This document shows positions 47,239-49,216 of a stretch of 49,216 nt of DNA, one piece after another; position 1 is the stretch's first letter; each line of letters opens with the position of its first letter. Location: assembly GCA_027028625.1 (NCBI GenBank), contig JALVIH010000052.1, positions 1-49,216 on the forward strand. The letters run 5' to 3'. The DNA is from a bacterium. GTDB taxonomy: Bacteria; Patescibacteriota; Microgenomatia; JAADGY01. The notes under the pieces were generated by a model. That model was given only the letters and a program-made list of their open reading frames with translations. It had not been told where the DNA came from and did not search any database. The position numbers were made by a program, and so were the translations under genes.

Positions 47239-48861
47239 ATGCAACAAGTTACTCCGACGGCGGAAGCGGCTGGACCAGATGATGGTGAAATTATTAGGCC
47301 TACAGAACTATCTGCAGCTTACTTGCGCCAAGGAGACCTCCCCATCCAATTAAGGGCTTTTTTGGAACTTTATGGTATCACGCTTGAGTTTCCAGATGAG
47401 ATTCAAAATCCCAAAATACCTCTATCTCACCCTCTCGAACTAGAAAAATTGGTACTGCCAAAAGGAGTAACTTTACGGGCAATAAGAGTACAAGTCCAGC
47501 TAGGGGACACTTGGGAAAGTCTGGCTTTAAGATACGGTTCTCTGGCCTTCTTAATCCAGGCTCTGAATACGTATGGCGGCAATCCCCAACCACCATCCCC
47601 AGGTGATGTTGTAGAAGTGCCACAATTAGTGACTAAAGAAGGAGAAATAATACTACCAAAAGGCATACGTATGCAGGCCCAACGAGGAGATACGTTCGAA
47701 AAAATAGCAAAACAAATGAATGTTTCCGTTGAAGACCTGCGCAAAGCCAATCCATTTTTTGGGCCCTGGCCAAATAAAGCTCCTCTTCCTATCAACAAAA
47801 CTATCAACATTCCTTTTTTAGAAAAAGACGGAAAGATGACCACCATTCTCCCAATGAGTTACACAGTAAAAGGAGATATAACTCCGCAGGAAATAGCAGA
47901 TATCTTTGGAATACCTGTGGGAGTACTTTATTACTACAATAAAATCACAACCAAACCCAATCAACCTCTCCCCACTGGTCTAGCTCTAACTCTGCCCATG
48001 CCAATAGTTTTTAATAAAGAAGACGAAGAAGAAGCGCGTTTTATATTTTCTAATCCAACCAGACTAGACCAATTCTCTCATCCCATCGAAAAGCTTCTAG
48101 AAAAATTAACCACTCCTTCTAACACTCCTCCAGTAATAGGTGGGTTAAGTACGCCCACACCAGAAAATGGGGTCAATGGGCAAATCAGCTTAAAGATTGA
48201 ATTAACAGTAGCCAAACCAGAAACTGTAGCTGAAGTGCTTTATAAACTCGGAGCAACTACCACTATGAGTTTAGGAATCGGCCAGAAGGAAATATTATTG
48301 CCAACTGACCAAACTTTGGAAGCCTTCAAGCGACAAAATCCTGATTTAGTTGAAAAGTACCCTGATTTAAACTGGAATACCATCCTCCCATCAGGAACAA
48401 GAGTGTCATTTAAACCTACTCGCAGCGACTTTAAGGAAATGCCTTTAAAAGATTTAATAGAAAATGGGTGGAGAAAACTTAGCAGGGGAGGGGTGGCAGA
48501 AATAAGTGGTCCCCGTTTGAGATCATTCGATACATCTGATCTTCCTCCAGCCCTACCAGCTCCAATTGTTGTACCTGGTACAGTGATATCTATTATTCCT
48601 AGGGAAACAAAAAAAGGACTTCTGAAAAGACTCGTCTTATCTGGAGCAAAAATATATGCTATTTACGGTGCTGTTGCTGCTACAGGATTCTGTCTCGGCT
48701 ATGGTGCCTATTACCTCGACTCATCGTCTATTCCCAATCCAGAACTAAAACCATCACCACGACAGGCAAAATGGGTAGCTGCTGGATGTCTTACGGCTGG
48801 ACTATTAGAATATCTCTTTTGGAAGGATGGAACAAAAGTTTTAGTTTCTTACCTCGACTAA
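47239..48861 (+). CDS. Multi-LysM-domain protein with C-terminal hydrophobic segments
   Basis: VQLGDTWESLALRYG, AQRGDTFEKIAKQMNVSVEDLRKANP, YTVKGDITPQEIADIFG, plus a degenerate fourth repeat. Confidence 0.8.
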   Translation: MQQVTPTAEAAGPDDGEIIRPTELSAAYLRQGDLPIQLRAFLELYGITLEFPDEIQNPKIPLSHPLELEKLVLPKGVTLRAIRVQVQLGDTWESLALRYGSLAFLIQALNTYGGNPQPPSPGDVVEVPQLVTKEGEIILPKGIRMQAQRGDTFEKIAKQMNVSVEDLRKANPFFGPWPNKAPLPINKTINIPFLEKDGKMTTILPMSYTVKGDITPQEIADIFGIPVGVLYYYNKITTKPNQPLPTGLALTLPMPIVFNKEDEEEARFIFSNPTRLDQFSHPIEKLLEKLTTPSNTPPVIGGLSTPTPENGVNGQISLKIELTVAKPETVAEVLYKLGATTTMSLGIGQKEILLPTDQTLEAFKRQNPDLVEKYPDLNWNTILPSGTRVSFKPTRSDFKEMPLKDLIENGWRKLSRGGVAEISGPRLRSFDTSDLPPALPAPIVVPGTVISIIPRETKKGLLKRLVLSGAKIYAIYGAVAATGFCLGYGAYYLDSSSIPNPELKPSPRQAKWVAAGCLTAGLLEYLFWKDGTKVLVSYLD

Positions 48862-49216
48862 GGCTCCCAAAACAGTTTCCTCTATTCCATTTACACTTTA
48901 ATTCCCAACCGAAAAGAGAGTAGGGTGGAAAAAACCTAAAAGAAGTCTAAGTAAAAATAGGCTTAATGAAAAAAATTAGTTGGTGATTTCGGGGCATACT
49001 TTGGGTATTAGGAGGTTTTTATGAAACAGAAAAAAGATGTTCTGCTTGTTATAGTAGTCACATTATGTCTAATACTACCAACTCTTTAGACGGTTCCATT
49101 GCTTATTTAAAAACTTTATTACGCATCCATAAAGGTATGAATTTATCCTTACGACATAAAATTACAGATGAGGTTCTGAGAGAATTACCAACTAAAAAAT
49201 TTCATTAAGTCTAAAA

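Noticed and set aside
4074..47846. Many short antisense or overlapping ORFs in the track (e.g. 5492-5749, 6502-6723, 23089-23443, 47427-47846)
   Set aside because: They shadow well-supported genes and have no motifs or initiation signals.
49021..49089. 22-aa hydrophobic ORF with AGGAGG SD near the window end
   Set aside because: Stops early with further stops downstream; may be a pseudogene start but cannot be supported from this window.
1..49216. Alternative genetic code (TGA=Gly), tRNA/rRNA genes, transposases or integrases
   Set aside because: Conserved genes (parB, thrS, infC, tyrS, rnc) end correctly at TGA; no cloverleaf, rRNA or transposase motifs were seen.

Overview
A 49 kb bacterial chromosome segment using standard code 11 (TGA acts as stop). 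Gene content points to a Patescibacteria/CPR (Microgenomates-like) genome; this is an inference. It contains a dcw cluster with murG-ftsQ inverted in place, ileS (IleRS2), rodA, rplU-methyltransferase-rpmA-parB-xseA, thrS-infC-rpmI-rplT, LOG-tyrS-recG-rpmF-nusB-rnc, a class A PBP, a type IV pilus cluster, rpsP-khpA, glycosyltransferases and several orphan genes. The strongest unannotated signal is two ribosome-mediated leader-peptide attenuators upstream of aminoacyl-tRNA synthetase genes. One is a Thr-rich leader (MIELINATTQLITTP) before thrS; the other is a Tyr-Tyr-Tyr leader (MLLSLSHTNTYYYVNLRGGGVGK) before LOG-tyrS. Each has a sigma70 promoter, an antiterminator and a U-tailed terminator. 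Other signals: widespread -10-box-to-ATG (leaderless) gene starts, a modular family of palindromic intergenic repeats bracketing accessory genes, an ATP-grasp fusion plus GNAT cassette inside a perfect 31-bp inverted repeat, a frameshifted amidoligase-like/helical-repeat protein, and a kinase-fold protein with an altered active site. Family calls rest on motif recognition only; no database searches were run.
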